Below are positions 47,001 through 62,000 of a stretch of 64,000 nucleotides of DNA, one piece after another. This DNA is from Antedon mediterranea. Lineage: Eukaryota > Animalia > Echinodermata. Location of the stretch: positions 26,728,437 to 26,792,436 of the forward strand of contig NC_092672.1 in NCBI RefSeq assembly GCF_964355755.1, given 5' to 3'. Numbering within the stretch: position 1 is the stretch's first letter; every line of letters begins with the position of its first letter. The position numbers and the translations under genes were made by a program. The notes beneath the pieces were generated by a model. It had not been told where the DNA came from. It did not search any database and saw only the letters and a program-made list of their open reading frames with translations.

Positions 47001-50000
47001 ACGTTTTTACATTTTAATTGTTATCAGCAATCTTTTAAATCATATCAAATAATGTTTAAACTATGTTTATTTTTAAATAATAACAAGTAGGTTGAAACAC
47101 ACTTTTTAACACAAGATATTTTTAATGATATTTCATATTGTCATTAAACATTGATGTGAGCATATGAGACGCTGGATGAAAAGCTAAAAAACACAATGAT
47201 TTTTTAACTTCTATTATGAAGCTTGGGGGATAATGTAACAGAGCTGTAGGGCCAATAATGCTCTGTGATCAAGTACTTTACCTGGCTTGGGAGACTCTAT
47301 TATTTTAATACATATAATAATTATGCTAAAGTGTTATTATGAAACATAACTGAGGCTCCTGGGCTTTGGTAAGTATAAAGAAATGTAGTTTCTTGTGGTA
47401 ATACGTATTCTTCTTTATATCATGGCCTAAATACACACAATAATAGCCGCACATATTAATAGCAATCCATATAACTCTGACCACAAATCTCAAACTTATC
47501 ATCTAGACATTTCATTGTTTGCTGTGTATTTGTTTGTAGTATTCTGCGTAATAATTTAATGAATATTTTTGTTTACAATTTCTTTCTTTCCATAAAATGC
47601 AGAACACCGTATTAAACCATGCCTCATCGAGAAACGTATGCGATTGATTTTACCACAGGGAGTATTGTATATCAACAAACAATGGTTTCTAATTTTTTTT
47701 TGGCTGTTTGGTTTTTTAATTTGTGGGGCATGCGGCCCACCATAAAGAAAATCCTGGAAACTAAATTTAATTTAGGAAAAGAAATGGATAAGAAGAACTG
47801 GATTCTGACAACGAGCTTTACATAGGGGTAATGCACAGCACCTTTAAGTAGGCACTAATAATGATGCGATATACTTAGTAGATTCAAGGACTTACCACTA
47901 AATTACGGAAGTCGTACTAACTTTAAATAACCACACTGTAACCTACTTTCAAATAGATTAATAAATTATTTATAGTGTCATTTAGATCACATTTCTGTAT
48001 TAGCAAGTATAAATCAGTGAAATTTTACATTTAAATAGAAATAATAATGAAATAATAACTCAATAACGAGGGCAGAGATGAAAGTATTTTGAGATAGCGT
48101 TACTAATAAAATAAATTTCAAGAACACAACACCTGCCGTAACGAATTCTCGTATATAGGTGTTTAGCCTCCACGCTGAATTATGACCAATAAAACACTAT
48201 GTATGGCAATATGTTGAACTACTATTCTGAGAAATTCTGTTGTTCATAGCCACTCAAATCTAGTTGAATTATGTTCAACAAAAATTCAACTCCCTTATTT
48301 TGATAAATTAAAATAAAAATTATTAGAAATTTAAATTATCATTTTAATCATGACAGCATCAAGAACAGGTAATATTAAATATTATACATTTAACACACAA
48401 TCAAGTCCGAATTCAATATATCCTCATTTCTGAATGCATGCGGTAAAATTATGAATTTTGCTACTCTAGCCTAACTGGCAACTGCAGAAATTTGGGTAAA
48501 TAGGCCCTTCACGGACCCATGGCATTTAGCAGTTTCGGCTTTACGTCCCATCTGAAGGGTGAGGCAATGGGAGTAAAGAATCTTGCCTGTCTAAGGATCC
48601 AATCAGTATGGTACAGATATGCATAGATGGGATTTTTTATTCACCATGTAAGTGTAATCAGTGCAATTTTTTCAACAAAACTACAGTTACATTTCCCAAA
48701 GGTGGTAACATGAACTCTCATGACCTCCATGTGATATTAATATTCTGCTATGAATATTTAGTCAGAAGAGTGATTGTATAATTATCAAAAGGATTATATA
48801 ATCAACTTGAGAGTGAAATCCAATTTAATCACAGCTCACCATGGAGAGGGACCACACGATATTTCAACACACCTTATGTTGTATTCTTGTGTTTGCGTAT
48901 GCTAACATTTAGGTTTTTTCTGAAGAAATTATTCATTAACAATGGATGGCAAACATTTTGAGAGAAACCAAATTTTCACACATATATACACAAATGCCGA
49001 AAACGCACAGAATGGTGAGGACTAGTGTTCAAGAAAAAGTATAGTAGGTCTACAAAATCCACATTATCTTTAGGATATTATGTTAAACTAATATTTTTAA
49101 ACAAATATGCTGGCCATTTTGAGGAGTTGTGTTTGCATCATTCGCTTTTGCCTCTCTAGTTAATAATTACCACTTGATATTGATTCTAATAATTAAAACT
49201 TACCATCACAAAGGTAATCAGGTTTTAAGACATATCCACACTGACCATTATAACTGAACAGTGCGTTACATAACTGAATTGCTCTTCCTTCTGTTTGATA
49301 GTTCAAAGCAACTGTAACCAGAAATAAAATGTTATTAGCATCAATATTCAGTTAACTGGACAATGGCTGTAGCCAAGCGGGCAAGCCCATATTGCCCAAG
49401 TCACGAATAGTATAGATGTGTACATATAGTTTAGTCATGTAGGATATTAATAAAGAATTTTAATGAAGATGATTTTAGAATACCCTTGCTTCGACACTAT
49501 TCAAAATTGATTGTTTTACAATGAAAATGTAAAAAAACCATTGATTATTGAACCGGACATAAACACTACATTGGTCTTACCTATCTGAATTCCTGCATTC
49601 CACATAGGTGTTGGATTATAGTTACTTGAATCAATACGGTACGCAGATGGGTAAACTCTGCATAAATTATTGCGTGTGAATCTTGCAACTTGGGAGGCGT
49701 GCACTGTGCATAAATTCATCGCCCGCATCTCACCCATCGAAGGAAGCTCCCAAAATGGTGCTGAAAAATAAGATTATAATACTTTAAATAAAATAGAAGA
49801 ATATCTTTTAAATAATGCTACAAACATTCTTTTTAAAATAAATCTATTCGGAAAAAGTCAGGATTTGAACTACCATAGAGCCTCTCTCATGATATTTATA
49901 GTGTGGGCCTGACTTAATTTATAAATCCATCTTGTGGGCCATAGCAAAGAGAAAATTCCTCGGAAATAGGAAGACATTAACTATGTAGGCCACATAAAAT

Positions 50001-53000
50001 GCACTCGCGGGCCAAATTTAATGCCTGAAACATCCAGCTTACTAAAGTTTTATTACCTGATGTAAAGCCTGAGAAGGATGAAGACTTAGTATAAACAACT
50101 AAATCTGATAACATCTTGGACATTATAATTTTCTTTTTGCTGCCACTTCTACTGCGACTCTCGCTTCCCTCGCTGCTTTCCTGCGGTTCATCCCGCGATT
50201 TTTCACTCCCAATCCCACTATCAGTACTAGAGAACCTACGATTACTGCGCCTCTGTTAAAAAATTGAAAAGAACTTAAATGTAAAAAAAAAAAAAAATCA
50301 ATATAAGAAAATAGATGCTACGAAATGATTTAGTGCTTTTGATTGATGTGTTGTGTGTCCAAATGCTAAATTCTTATTTTTTACCTTTTTCTTAGTTGTA
50401 CGTTGTGGCGTCTTATTTCGACTGGTGCCCTCAGGTTCGGCTTGCTCTTCATCATCATCAGGCTTTGGTCCAACCAATTGACCTTTGACCTATTGTGACA
50501 GGCGACATTGATAAATGGAGGAAAAAAATCAGTACTTTAAAATTTCTTAGATGGTTGTTGTATATTTTGTTGGGTTTACAGAATTTCTATTTAAGATAAA
50601 TACTATAAAACGTCTACTATTTGAAAAATTACTTTTAACCTGATAATATGAGATAAAAGACCTTATATTAGGTATGCACTATTTTAAAACGTGTATAATT
50701 TACATTAAAGTCTGGATCCATCACTAAGATGTAATGGAAGGTATTAGAGAGCTCAAACGCTGTCAATTCAGTCCTTGCATGAATTTTGGATTTATAAAAT
50801 AGAAAAAATATTTAAAGAATTTCATTTCGCTTCTATATTTATAAAACATAGATTTCATTTTTGAAAGACCTATTTAAAATGGAGGGAGTAAGTACTCTCC
50901 ATATTTTTAATATAGTTCTTTCAAAAAAGAAAATCTTATCTTTTAGAAAAAACATAATTACCTACTATAAACAAACATATGTTTATATCCGAGTATTAAA
51001 TTAAACAGAATTGCACATGTTTACCTTTGAGGCGAGAACCTGCCAAGCTTTTCGGCCGGGTGACACTGGCTTTTTTTGCATAAGTGCCAGCTGGGCCATT
51101 GCTATACTCTCTAAGTGCTTTGATTGGTTTGAATATTCCAACTGAAAGACAAATAAATATATACATTAATTCAAGATTATTTGTATTATTCAATATAGCC
51201 ATACAATCTGCACAGATTCAAAGAGTACAGAAGGAACCATTCTCCTTCAACAAAACTTTCCCAAAATTGGCAGGATCCAAAAAGTATGGTTTTCCAAAAT
51301 ATATGGTGTTCGGAATGTATTTTACATATTCTTTGTTGTAGTCAGAATTTTCAATCTATTTAAATAAATTTATGTTATTTTTTTTATATTTTTATGGCAT
51401 ACAGAAAAAAATCTCAGTTTTTTTATGCCTGCTAAAAATAATTAGTTTTGGCGATAGAAACATTATTTAGCAGAAATGGGAATTGCCTGATTAAATGACC
51501 TTCATAAAAGCAAATTGTTCAACAGAACAATTTATCATCAAAACATAAATCAAACATTAATAGAAAAAATCTGACATGATGAGAGATTAAGTACTGATGG
51601 AATCGACTCTTAATGTCATGTTTCCCAGAGGTATTGTAAATATCCAAATCAAATAAATGTTGAGATATAACTTGTAAGTTTTGTACATATTTAAACACTA
51701 TCTAGAGACTATACATTTAAATTTAATACAGTTTATATGCTGCCCATATATAGACATAATGAATCAAAACATACCAGATGTAGGCACATGACAGAATATA
51801 GCTGTCATATGTTTTTAAAAACACTCATGCTTTAAGATGTTAAAAATTAAATTGTCAGTTGGTTTCCTACTAAAATGTTGCTTTTTAAGTTTCTTCCATT
51901 AATTTGTTCATTGTTATACAGAACAGGGTAAGAAGACTTTAAGTTTGACCCACTCAAAAATATAACATAAAAACATACACATTAATAACAAAAAAATTAT
52001 TATATAAAAAAAAAGTTAAAAGGTACTTCTTCTACACAGGTGAACATAGCATGGCTCCTAGCAACAAAATAGCTAAGAAATCTGTATGTCACAACACAGG
52101 GAAAAGCAGAGACAAACAATGAAACACAGACAATAATTTTTATTTTTTTTTTATTTTATTCAGTTGTCAACCAACAGCGATGAAACCGCCACTAACAGGT
52201 TGAATCTAAACATAATAAATATAGAATGTATTCATATAAACAACAAAAACATAAACAAAGATAACAACATTAAAGAGATTTAACACTTATAACTTATTAA
52301 ATGTGTTAGGTAACCGCTGAAAGATACCTCGTTTTGTGCATTCAACACGACCACAAGGAACGTGAAGCAAACACTTGCTGCGAGTACGAGTTGGCATATT
52401 CAACTTAAACAAAGCAACAAGAGGACAATCATAAACGGAATTGAATGAGTTGTATAAAAAAACCATATCAAAAACAGCTCTACGATTTTCAAGAGAAATA
52501 AAAGAAACATCAAAATTAGGACAATAATGTACTTTACTTCCAATCCTAGGGTTCAATCCTGACCTAGTGCCAGGGTTGTAACTCACAACTCTTTCAACTG
52601 AAATGAGCATGATAAATTATAACTAGATTTAATTCGTCACTATGACGAATTATAGGTTATATGCATTGATTTAAATAAAGATAATTGATTTTTAAAAGAT
52701 ATATTGATTGATTGATTTTGTCAGAATCTTTAATTATTTATAATATATGATAGGACCTTGCTAACGCGAACACCATAGCCGGTATCACAATCCGATCAAA
52801 GATCCATATGCGTATAATGTCATAAACCAAATTTGTTGTTACATAATAATAAAGACATAAGTTAATTTTTATCTAGATTTCATTATAAATCATGTGTATA
52901 ATCTATACACTAAGAAATAAATTTGAACAAACAATACGGATAATAAAAAAAAATCTTATTTCGTTTCCCAAGGTGAGACTCGAACTCGGTACCTTGAATG

Positions 53001-56000
53001 CCATAGACACGAGCACAGACCATTGAGCCATACACAACTGACTAAAAGTTGGAGAAAAATTCCTCCGTGTATTTACTATGCAGTAACCACTTTGGTGCAG
53101 ATAGATTATTACATACCGCAATGAATTATAATGTTTTACTATGATGACATCTTTAAAAATTGAAAAAAAATGATGCACTGTCAAACTATATACTTTTACC
53201 TTTAATATATGAACTTCTTAAGGAAGAAAGTTAACGTTAAGTTTGTTATTTTGGCCTAAGAAAATGTTATAATTTGTTTGATTGTCGAAATTAATTTTGT
53301 TAAATTTAATATGCCATTAATGATGACTTAATCAACTTTTGTTCTTCTAATTTCATAATAAATCATACATATGATACATACACTTCAAGAAAATTAAATA
53401 AAAAATAGGTGTTCCCGAGCATCCTAACGATATATATTAATTTTAAAATTTAGCATATTTTCACCATTTTGTTAACTTACACGTGCGTAGCCTGTCACAT
53501 TTGACGTGCTCGTATAACGCTGTTTCGCGTTGAAAAGTGAATAAAATATGATAATATTATTAAAGAAAGGTTATACAACAGTAATCGGACAAAAACAGTG
53601 CGCATTAACGTTTGACGCGCAGTGCACGTGCAAAAATCTGCGCACTCATGGCAATTTTTTAAATGCTTAAAATTGCCTGAAACGTACTCTAATTTCATCG
53701 AAAATAAATTCTGACAATTTTCAACATTTTAAGCGCGCGTACGCATGCGTTATATGCGCTACGCACGTAATTGTATTGCCATATGATGAAATATGACCTG
53801 AAATTTATGAGTACCAAATTTTGTTTAATTGTGATTCATGCTTGTGAAGATATGATTACAAACGTGATTTCGTTAAATCACGCGTAGACCGCGTAATTTT
53901 TGATTGCGCATCGTGAAAACATAACCACTTCGATTCCTGGCCATAAGGAATATACTCTGAAAAATTGACTTAGATAGATGAAACTGATGCCAAGATAATT
54001 CACGGACAAATAGTGCTAAGGAAAGAATAAATAAATAAATAAATAAATAAAGAAATAAATAAAGATTGTGACAGAATCAAGAGGTTATATGCATGATAAT
54101 GCATATAACCTAATTATAGTTTAATCATAGTGTAATTGCTGTGTGGCTCGCTGTTGGATGCGTATGAAATTGAAAAAAATCATCAAAACTATCAAAGATA
54201 AATCTATTTCAAGCATCCTAGATAATAAATGAGTACGGTATGTACTTTTTGTAGGCCTACATATAGGGAATACATTTTACTTTCATAATAATGTATGACT
54301 CCAGTTGGAACAGGAACGCCAGTGATGATTTTATTTTCAAATTATTCTGAAAATTACCCTTTACAACTACGATCTATAAAACCAACCTTGACTCAGAGGT
54401 CATGATTTCAAATCATAGCCGTTTTATTTTCATAATTTAGCATTAGAAAATGCAATAAATTACAAACATAATAACTTTTAATCTTTTGGGAGTTACATAT
54501 TCACTGAGTAATCACACTCAATGCAGAATCATCACTTTATATCTCTAAGATAGAAAGATAAGTGTCAACTCATTTAATGTTATCCTAGAGGTAGATAAAA
54601 CGTGTTATGTTATTTAATAATGTCCTTCAGAAGACATATTTATGTCGCCTGGTATGAAACTAAGATTTTAGTCAGTATTTAATTATTTTCATTTTTTTTA
54701 AAGATATTGTCCTTTCAAAAAATAATTTGTAAAAATGTAGTAATAATATATAATAATAGTTATCCACTTTGAAAAAGAAAATTGAATCGAAAAAAGATAT
54801 ATTTTTTAAACGCACACAATAGTCAAATTGGCTGCTGGCCAATGGGTTTTCAGCTGAATTAACCATTTATTTTGTCATTTTATAATGAATTTTATTTTAT
54901 GTTTTCCTAATTTTTAGTCGCGTGGAAGCGACTCTATAGTTCACTATGTCGGTCGGTCGGTCGGTCTGTCGGTCCGGTATCACTATGCGTTTTATCGCTT
55001 TCTGACCTTATCTTGATTTCAGTTTAATCTAGCTAAAGTCAATTTTTCACAGTATATTCCTTATGGCCAGGAATCGATGTGGTTATGTTTTCACGGTGCG
55101 CAATAAAAAATTACGCGGTCTACGCACGATTTAACGAAATCACGTTTGTAATCATATCTTCACAACCATGAATCACAATTAAATAAAATTTGGTACTCAT
55201 AAATTTCAGGGCATAAATCATCATATGGCTATACAATTACGTGCGTAGCTCATGTAACGCACGCGTACGCGCGCTTAAAATTTTCAAAATTTATTTTCGA
55301 CGAAATAAGAGTACGTTTCAGGCAATTTTAAGCGTTTACAAAATTGCCATGAGTGCGCAGATTTTTGCGCGCGCACTGCGCGTTAAATGTTTTTGCGCAC
55401 TCTTTTTGCCCGATTTCTGTTTTCTTGACTCACTTTTCAACTCGAAATTACGTTATACGAGCACGTCAAAAGTGACAGGCTACGCATGTGTAAATTAAAA
55501 AAATAACTGTTTTTAAACATTTCAATATCTTTAAACATGTTCAGTAATTTCGGTCAGTTGGTAGGTTGGTCGGTCGGTCGGTCGGTAAACACTAAGCACG
55601 CGACTGCAGCCATCTATATGGCCTTGTTTTTTCTAAGGAAGTTATTAACTTGATTAAAACTACAAAATAATCTATTCAAAATCTGATTTAATTAATCTTC
55701 ATTTTTCAGGGCCAATACATAATTATTATTTCATGAACTATCTTTCTCAAAGGTGGAAATCCTGTTTACAAGACAAAAATATGGGCCTACACAATACGCT
55801 CTACATAAACAAGTCTTTTCAGAGTGGTGGAGTTGCTTTTGTCGTGAGAAAAATCCTGCCGCCTGACAAGATTTGAACCCAAGCTACACCCATTTTTATA
55901 TGTTTAATAATAATTTTATAAATTCAAAATTTTATTTTTAATATCATTTATAAATATTAAATTATGAGTATAATTTACAAAAATAAATAAAACATGGAAG

Positions 56001-59000
56001 AAAGGCAATGAGATGTAATAATTAAAGGCAAGGTAACAAATTCAGATTATTTTGATTTTTAAAATGATAGAGTATTGGTGAAAATCTATGTGCAATGATA
56101 GCTGAGTATTGGTGAATCTATGTAAAATGATAGGTATTGGTGAAAATCTATGTAAAATGATAGAGTAGTATTGGTGACAATCTATGTACAATGATAGAGT
56201 ATTGGTGAATATATGTAAAATGATATGTAAAATGATAGGTATTGGTGACAATCTATGTACAATGATAGAGTAATATTGGTGAAAATCTATGTAAAATGAT
56301 AGAGTAGTATTGGTGACAATCTATGTACAATGATAGCTGAGTATTGGTGAATCTATGTAAAATGATAGGTATTGGTGAAAATATATGTAAAATGATAGAG
56401 TAGTATTGGTGACAATCTATGTACAATGATAGAGTATTGGTGAATATATGTAAAATGATAGGTATTGGTGACAATCTATGTACAATGATAGAGTAATATT
56501 GGTGAAAATCTATGTAAAATGATAGAGTAGTATTGGTGACAATCTATGTACAATGATAGCTGAGTATTGGTGAATCTATGTAAAATGATAGGTATTGGTG
56601 AAAATCTATGTAAAATGATAGAGTAGTATTGGTGACAATCTATGTACAATGATAGAGTATTGGTGAATATATGTAAAATGATAGGTATTGGTGACAATCT
56701 ATGTACAATGATAGAGTAATATTGATGACAATCTATACACAATGATAGATTAGTAGTATTGATGACAATCTATATACAATGATAGATTAGTATTGATGAC
56801 AATCTATATACAATGATAGATTAGTATTGATGACAATCTATATACAATGATAGATTAGTATTGATGACAATCTATGTACAATGATAGAGTACTATCGATG
56901 ACAATCTATGTACAATGGAGTATTATTGGTGACAATCTATGTAAAATGATATTGAGAATTGCTGACAATCTACGTAAAATGATAGTCTTGGTGACAATTA
57001 TATGTAAAATGATAAAATAATGGTCACAATCTCTGTATCATTGGTGATAATTTCTTCTAATAGGTAATCAGGTGAATGCTTATCTGGAATTTAGAAAAAC
57101 TAAATAGTTACCTTAAAGTTATCTTCCATTTCATCAGCACTGTCTTCGTCCGTCACTTCCCCTGTGTCTGCATCGCTTGCTACCGCCATTGGAAGTTTTT
57201 TTGTCTGAAAAAAATATCAATACTTTTAACCTACTGTAGAAGCAAGATTGTGTTTGGCATATTCGATATATGCATTTTTAGAGTAAATTTATTCCATGAT
57301 GTTTACCTTAAATAATATTTTTACCTTAATTAAAATTTTTTCCTTGAGGTCTGCTGGTGATGGAAGATGAGTTTGTTTTTCAGATGGTGGGGTTGCATGG
57401 AGTTTGTCTAAAAGTTAAAGAAAGGTGAACAATAAGAGTGAAATACATTTACTCATAATATAGTATAGTTAAACAGTACATACATACACCAAATGAGTAC
57501 TTACTCCACCATTCAACATCATAAAAGCACAAGACAGGATTTTCATAAATATACGACTATAGCTCTGTATAAACTATCAAACTAGTTTGACAAAGAAAGT
57601 GTGATGTGCCCTATATGGTAGTGATGTACCTAAATATGGTAGTGATATGACATTATAATGTCCATTTTGGGTACATCACATTTTTTTGTCACATAAAGTT
57701 TGATAGTGTAGACAGAGCTTTAAAAACTTTCACTATTGTACATTTTGAATTGAATTATCTACCTTTTAAGATTTCCCCAAGGTAGTACGCCATTTTTTTC
57801 TGCTGATCCACGCTGCAGTGGTTTTCAATTGACAGCACAACAGGGTAAGGGTTGTTTAAAAATGCATATTTGTTTATAGTTTCTATGACATCACGAAATA
57901 GGATTTTGGTTGTTAAGGTGTAACCATGGTAAATAACTGGTTCACCATCTTTTCCATCCCAGCAGTCAACTGAAAATTAGTTAGAAAATATATTATATAA
58001 TTATTATTTACTTTTTAAACGTGTTTGTAAATGTTATATTTCAAGAGGAAGTTTGATGCTACTGAGTGCAGCCCTCGATTTATGAAAGCAGCAGATTGCA
58101 GAATAACATCAGGTGTAGGAACCTGACTGTCCTATTTCTTGTAAAATGTAAAACATGGCTTGACAACAACATTCTTTTTATCCAAGATTCTTATTTTTCT
58201 GTAATTGTTTGAAAGATAAATTAAGCTAGGCCACAAATAATGGAAAAACTGTATAGCGGTAACAGAAAGAAATTTCAAGTTGTTCTATTGGTGTTAACAC
58301 AAGCATATGTTTACAATATTGTTTTTACAAAAATAAAATATTATGTGAAAAACAACATAATATCTGTAAAGTAGGCTGAGGTTGAAAAATAAATCGCAAC
58401 AAATTTATATTTATAACATTTCTTCTTCAGCACATATATAGATATAGTATCCCTAAAGAATTATGTTACGACTTTACTAGGTCTATTTTAACACAATGCA
58501 GTAATATTAACCTTTAATCAAAAAGTTTTACACATGAATGCAAGCAAAGCATCAAACTTGAAAACATACACTCACTATTAATAACACCCAATAAAACAAC
58601 TTTGAAATCTGAATTAATTTCTCTAAAATTTCAATCCATAATTTATCAGCTGACAGAGCTATAGTTAATAATTCAAACGACATTTCATTTTTAATTTTTC
58701 TGTAGCCATTTTTACTACATGATTGGTTTTTCCTAGCCCGATAATCAAATTTGCTCAATTATTTTTCTTTCCAAATTCCAGCATTACCCTCTGCACAAAA
58801 TATTACTTTCTTTCCTAGTGGAGCCGTGTGGTGAAAATGGAAAGTCGCTAATGATAGGCGCAGTGATGCAAAACCACAGCCAGAGCCGGACAAGAGCAGG
58901 TGTACCCTTTAACCTCAACACAAAATATTTTCCCCTAATGTGACAATAAAATCATAATCATCGTAATTTTGTAGACTAACTATAAAAAAAAATGTTCTTA

Positions 59001-62000
59001 CGTTCAACACATCTGCATCCCGCTTGCAAAACACAGGCATAGATGTCTACACTGGACTGCGACATTAACTGATCACCAACAAGGTATGTGTTGTGTGAGG
59101 CCGCCATATAGTAGTGGGACAAAGGTTGTGTCATATCTTGATGAACTTTCTTGTGGCTCTGATTAAAAGCATTTCCTTCCGGACTCAGCAGGTATTTTGT
59201 AAAACCTTCAATTTTAAAAAGTAGAAACAAAAAATGGTTGACGGTTATCCCCATTTTAAACAATCTTTTAGCTTCAATACAATACAATCTATACAGGTTA
59301 TGTTGCTAAAAAAAACTTTCACTGTGTATGGAATGTGCATACATAGGATTTGAAACACTTCTTATATGAAATATCAAAAAGACATTTTTAGGATTGAATC
59401 ATACTAAAAGTATTCAGTTCTATACCCACCGTCAATTCCAAGCCATCTGTTTTCTATGTTTTCTGGTACCGGTTCAAACTTATCAATAATTTCTTCACAC
59501 ATTGCGATTGTTACTGACGCCAACCTTTGCTCAGTTTGCAAGAACTTTTGAAGTTCTTCAGTTGTCATGTATTGTTTTGATTGGCTATATTGCTGGAGTA
59601 GAAAAAGTAGTTCCTTTCGAGTACTTATTAATTTGTAAAACTGCATGAATTCCTCATAGTCTAGTTGACCCTCATGTTGTCCTATTGTGTTTGTATCTGC
59701 TTCCTGTCAGTAACATATTAGAAAAGATATTGTAACCACAGTAAACATTAATTGAATGACAATTTTATTCATAATGCATAGTATACAAGTCCATAGCCAG
59801 GATTTTTCCAGGGAAATCCTTTCTTCCACAAAAGGGGCAAAAATTGATAAACTGTAGTAAAGCATATTTATCATCATTTCTGCTCCTGATCTTTAGTTTT
59901 AAAAGGGTACTTCGGGGGGGACTCTGGCCATGTACCACCAAAGATTATGAGCTTACGATTCTAGTACATTACATAGAAAATGATTTGTATATATTATACC
60001 ACTTTATAGATGAGTGACTAAACTCCCTAAAGAAATCTTTAATAATATGTTTAAGTACAAATTAGAGAAACAGTACAGTACAAGCCCTCATCAGCAATAG
60101 TTCAATTGTAATCAAAGGTCACATGAAGCTAACAACAATCAAGAAATCAAGTAAGTGCTGCCGAATATGTTACCCGTAGGTCACAGAAATTCTTAGAAGA
60201 TTGTTCTATGAACTACTATGCAGTTTACATAATCATGGCATGGGTGCAGTGGGTCTATTTACTGGTTAACTATTTTTTGTCAAATATCAACTTATCTGAC
60301 ATTAAAGGCCAATCAACATAGAAATTTGTTTTAGATAATTTTTTCAATATATTGTATTTAAACAACTAAGGTACCGAGATAAATTTAAACACTACTCGTG
60401 AAAAGTAATGTTATAATTTAATGTTTTTATTAGAAGAGCTTAAAATATAATAGTGTTTTCCAGAAACATAATTGTATTATGATTGTTTTTCTTCTAAAAA
60501 AAGATACCTTATATCCTTGGGTATCCTCTGGTCTACAGTAATCCCACCCTCTATTTTATGTCTGTCTGTCTACGTTCATACTAAGCCCAGATTCCGAAAT
60601 CATGGAAAACAAACATTTTTAGAAATATACATACACTCACAAACATACGTAATCAAAAAATGAGTTTTCTCAGGTATTATAATTAATATAAGTAAATTAA
60701 TTTTTTTGTTTTTTTTACAAGAAAATGTACCACCGCAAGTTATGAGCTTAAGATTATATAACAACATTCTAGTACATTACATAGAAAATGATAATGCTTT
60801 ACATATAACATTAAAGTTGAGTAAATAATCTCCCTGAAGAAAGCTTTAATGTGTTTAAGTACGAATTAGAGAAACATATGAACTCTCACGGCAGTACAAG
60901 CCCTCATCAGCAATAGTTCAATTGTAATCAAAGGTCACAGAAGCTAACAACAATCAAGAAATCAAGTAAGTAGTGAGTAAAATGGACGAGCAGTTAGGGT
61001 AGGAGGGCCAATTACCTTACCTGAAAGAGCCAACAATATCGGCATGGGTTGGAGGCCGACTTGCTCCTAGATCTCGTGGTAGTCTTCTCGGATAAGGACT
61101 ATAAACCATAGGTCCAGTGTACACATTTTATAACCTGTGTGCACTTAACTCAGTTCATCATTCAAGACGAGTAGGGGGTTACACTGGTAAAATGGTTTAC
61201 AAAATAGTCCCTGTATCAGGGGGATTACCACTTATCTGATAGGACAGTGATTAATTTACTATTGGTAATCCTTGGCCACATGTGCCTAAAGACAACAAAT
61301 AAAAATTGCTAGAGTACTGCTGAATATGTCCATAAGTAACAGAAATTCTGAAAGATATTGTTCTACTGTACACCTTAACTGTACGGTATTCTCATGTTTT
61401 ATGAAAGCATATCTTTAAAGCATCCTTAAATAAAAATCTAAAAATACGTACTCTGAAGAGTTTTTTAATTTTGCGTTTACTGAGTTTAAAGTTGAGTTTG
61501 TGAAGTAGCTTGATGACCTCATCCATGTCCAGAAGTCCATTCTTACTTTTGTCGGCCGTCTCAAATGTTGTTCTCAACCAGGTAAACAAATGTTAAGGTC
61601 TTAAAACAGTATGATTATATCAGTTTTTATCAATATACTCATGGATACTTTCCGATTCTCAGTGCTGTATTTCCACATACAACAATTTTGTCTAGTATCA
61701 TAGAAATATTTGGTAAACAGCATCTCATGTGGTGCCTGTATCATGCAAGGTAAAGGTTAAAGGTTAAAGGTTAGGTTATAATCTATGATAGCTAAGGTGA
61801 AACAAATGAGATGTTGTATTATACCTATAAATATTCATATGAGATACATGAGAATCATACTTTTTTTGTCTTGCTGTTGGAGTCCACTGGGTGAAGCATG
61901 AAGCATTTCGGATACACTAGCAGTGCAAGTCAGTGCAAGTGAAGGAATTTGGATGTCATAGTATAAGAGCTGGCAAACATGTGGGGTTGTTTATGTTGAT

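Noticed and set aside
54815-54852. Possible small PLC linker exon
   Set aside because: Weak acceptor and donor. Exons 57112 and 51141 already join in frame with PLC-eta-like sequence.
56042-56742. Three similar minus-strand ORFs (SPIPIILH...)
   Set aside because: Translations of the satellite.
61748-61778. (TAAAGGT)n as an interstitial telomere
   Set aside because: Only ~4 units and not TTAGGG. It is a simple repeat within a dispersed repeat.
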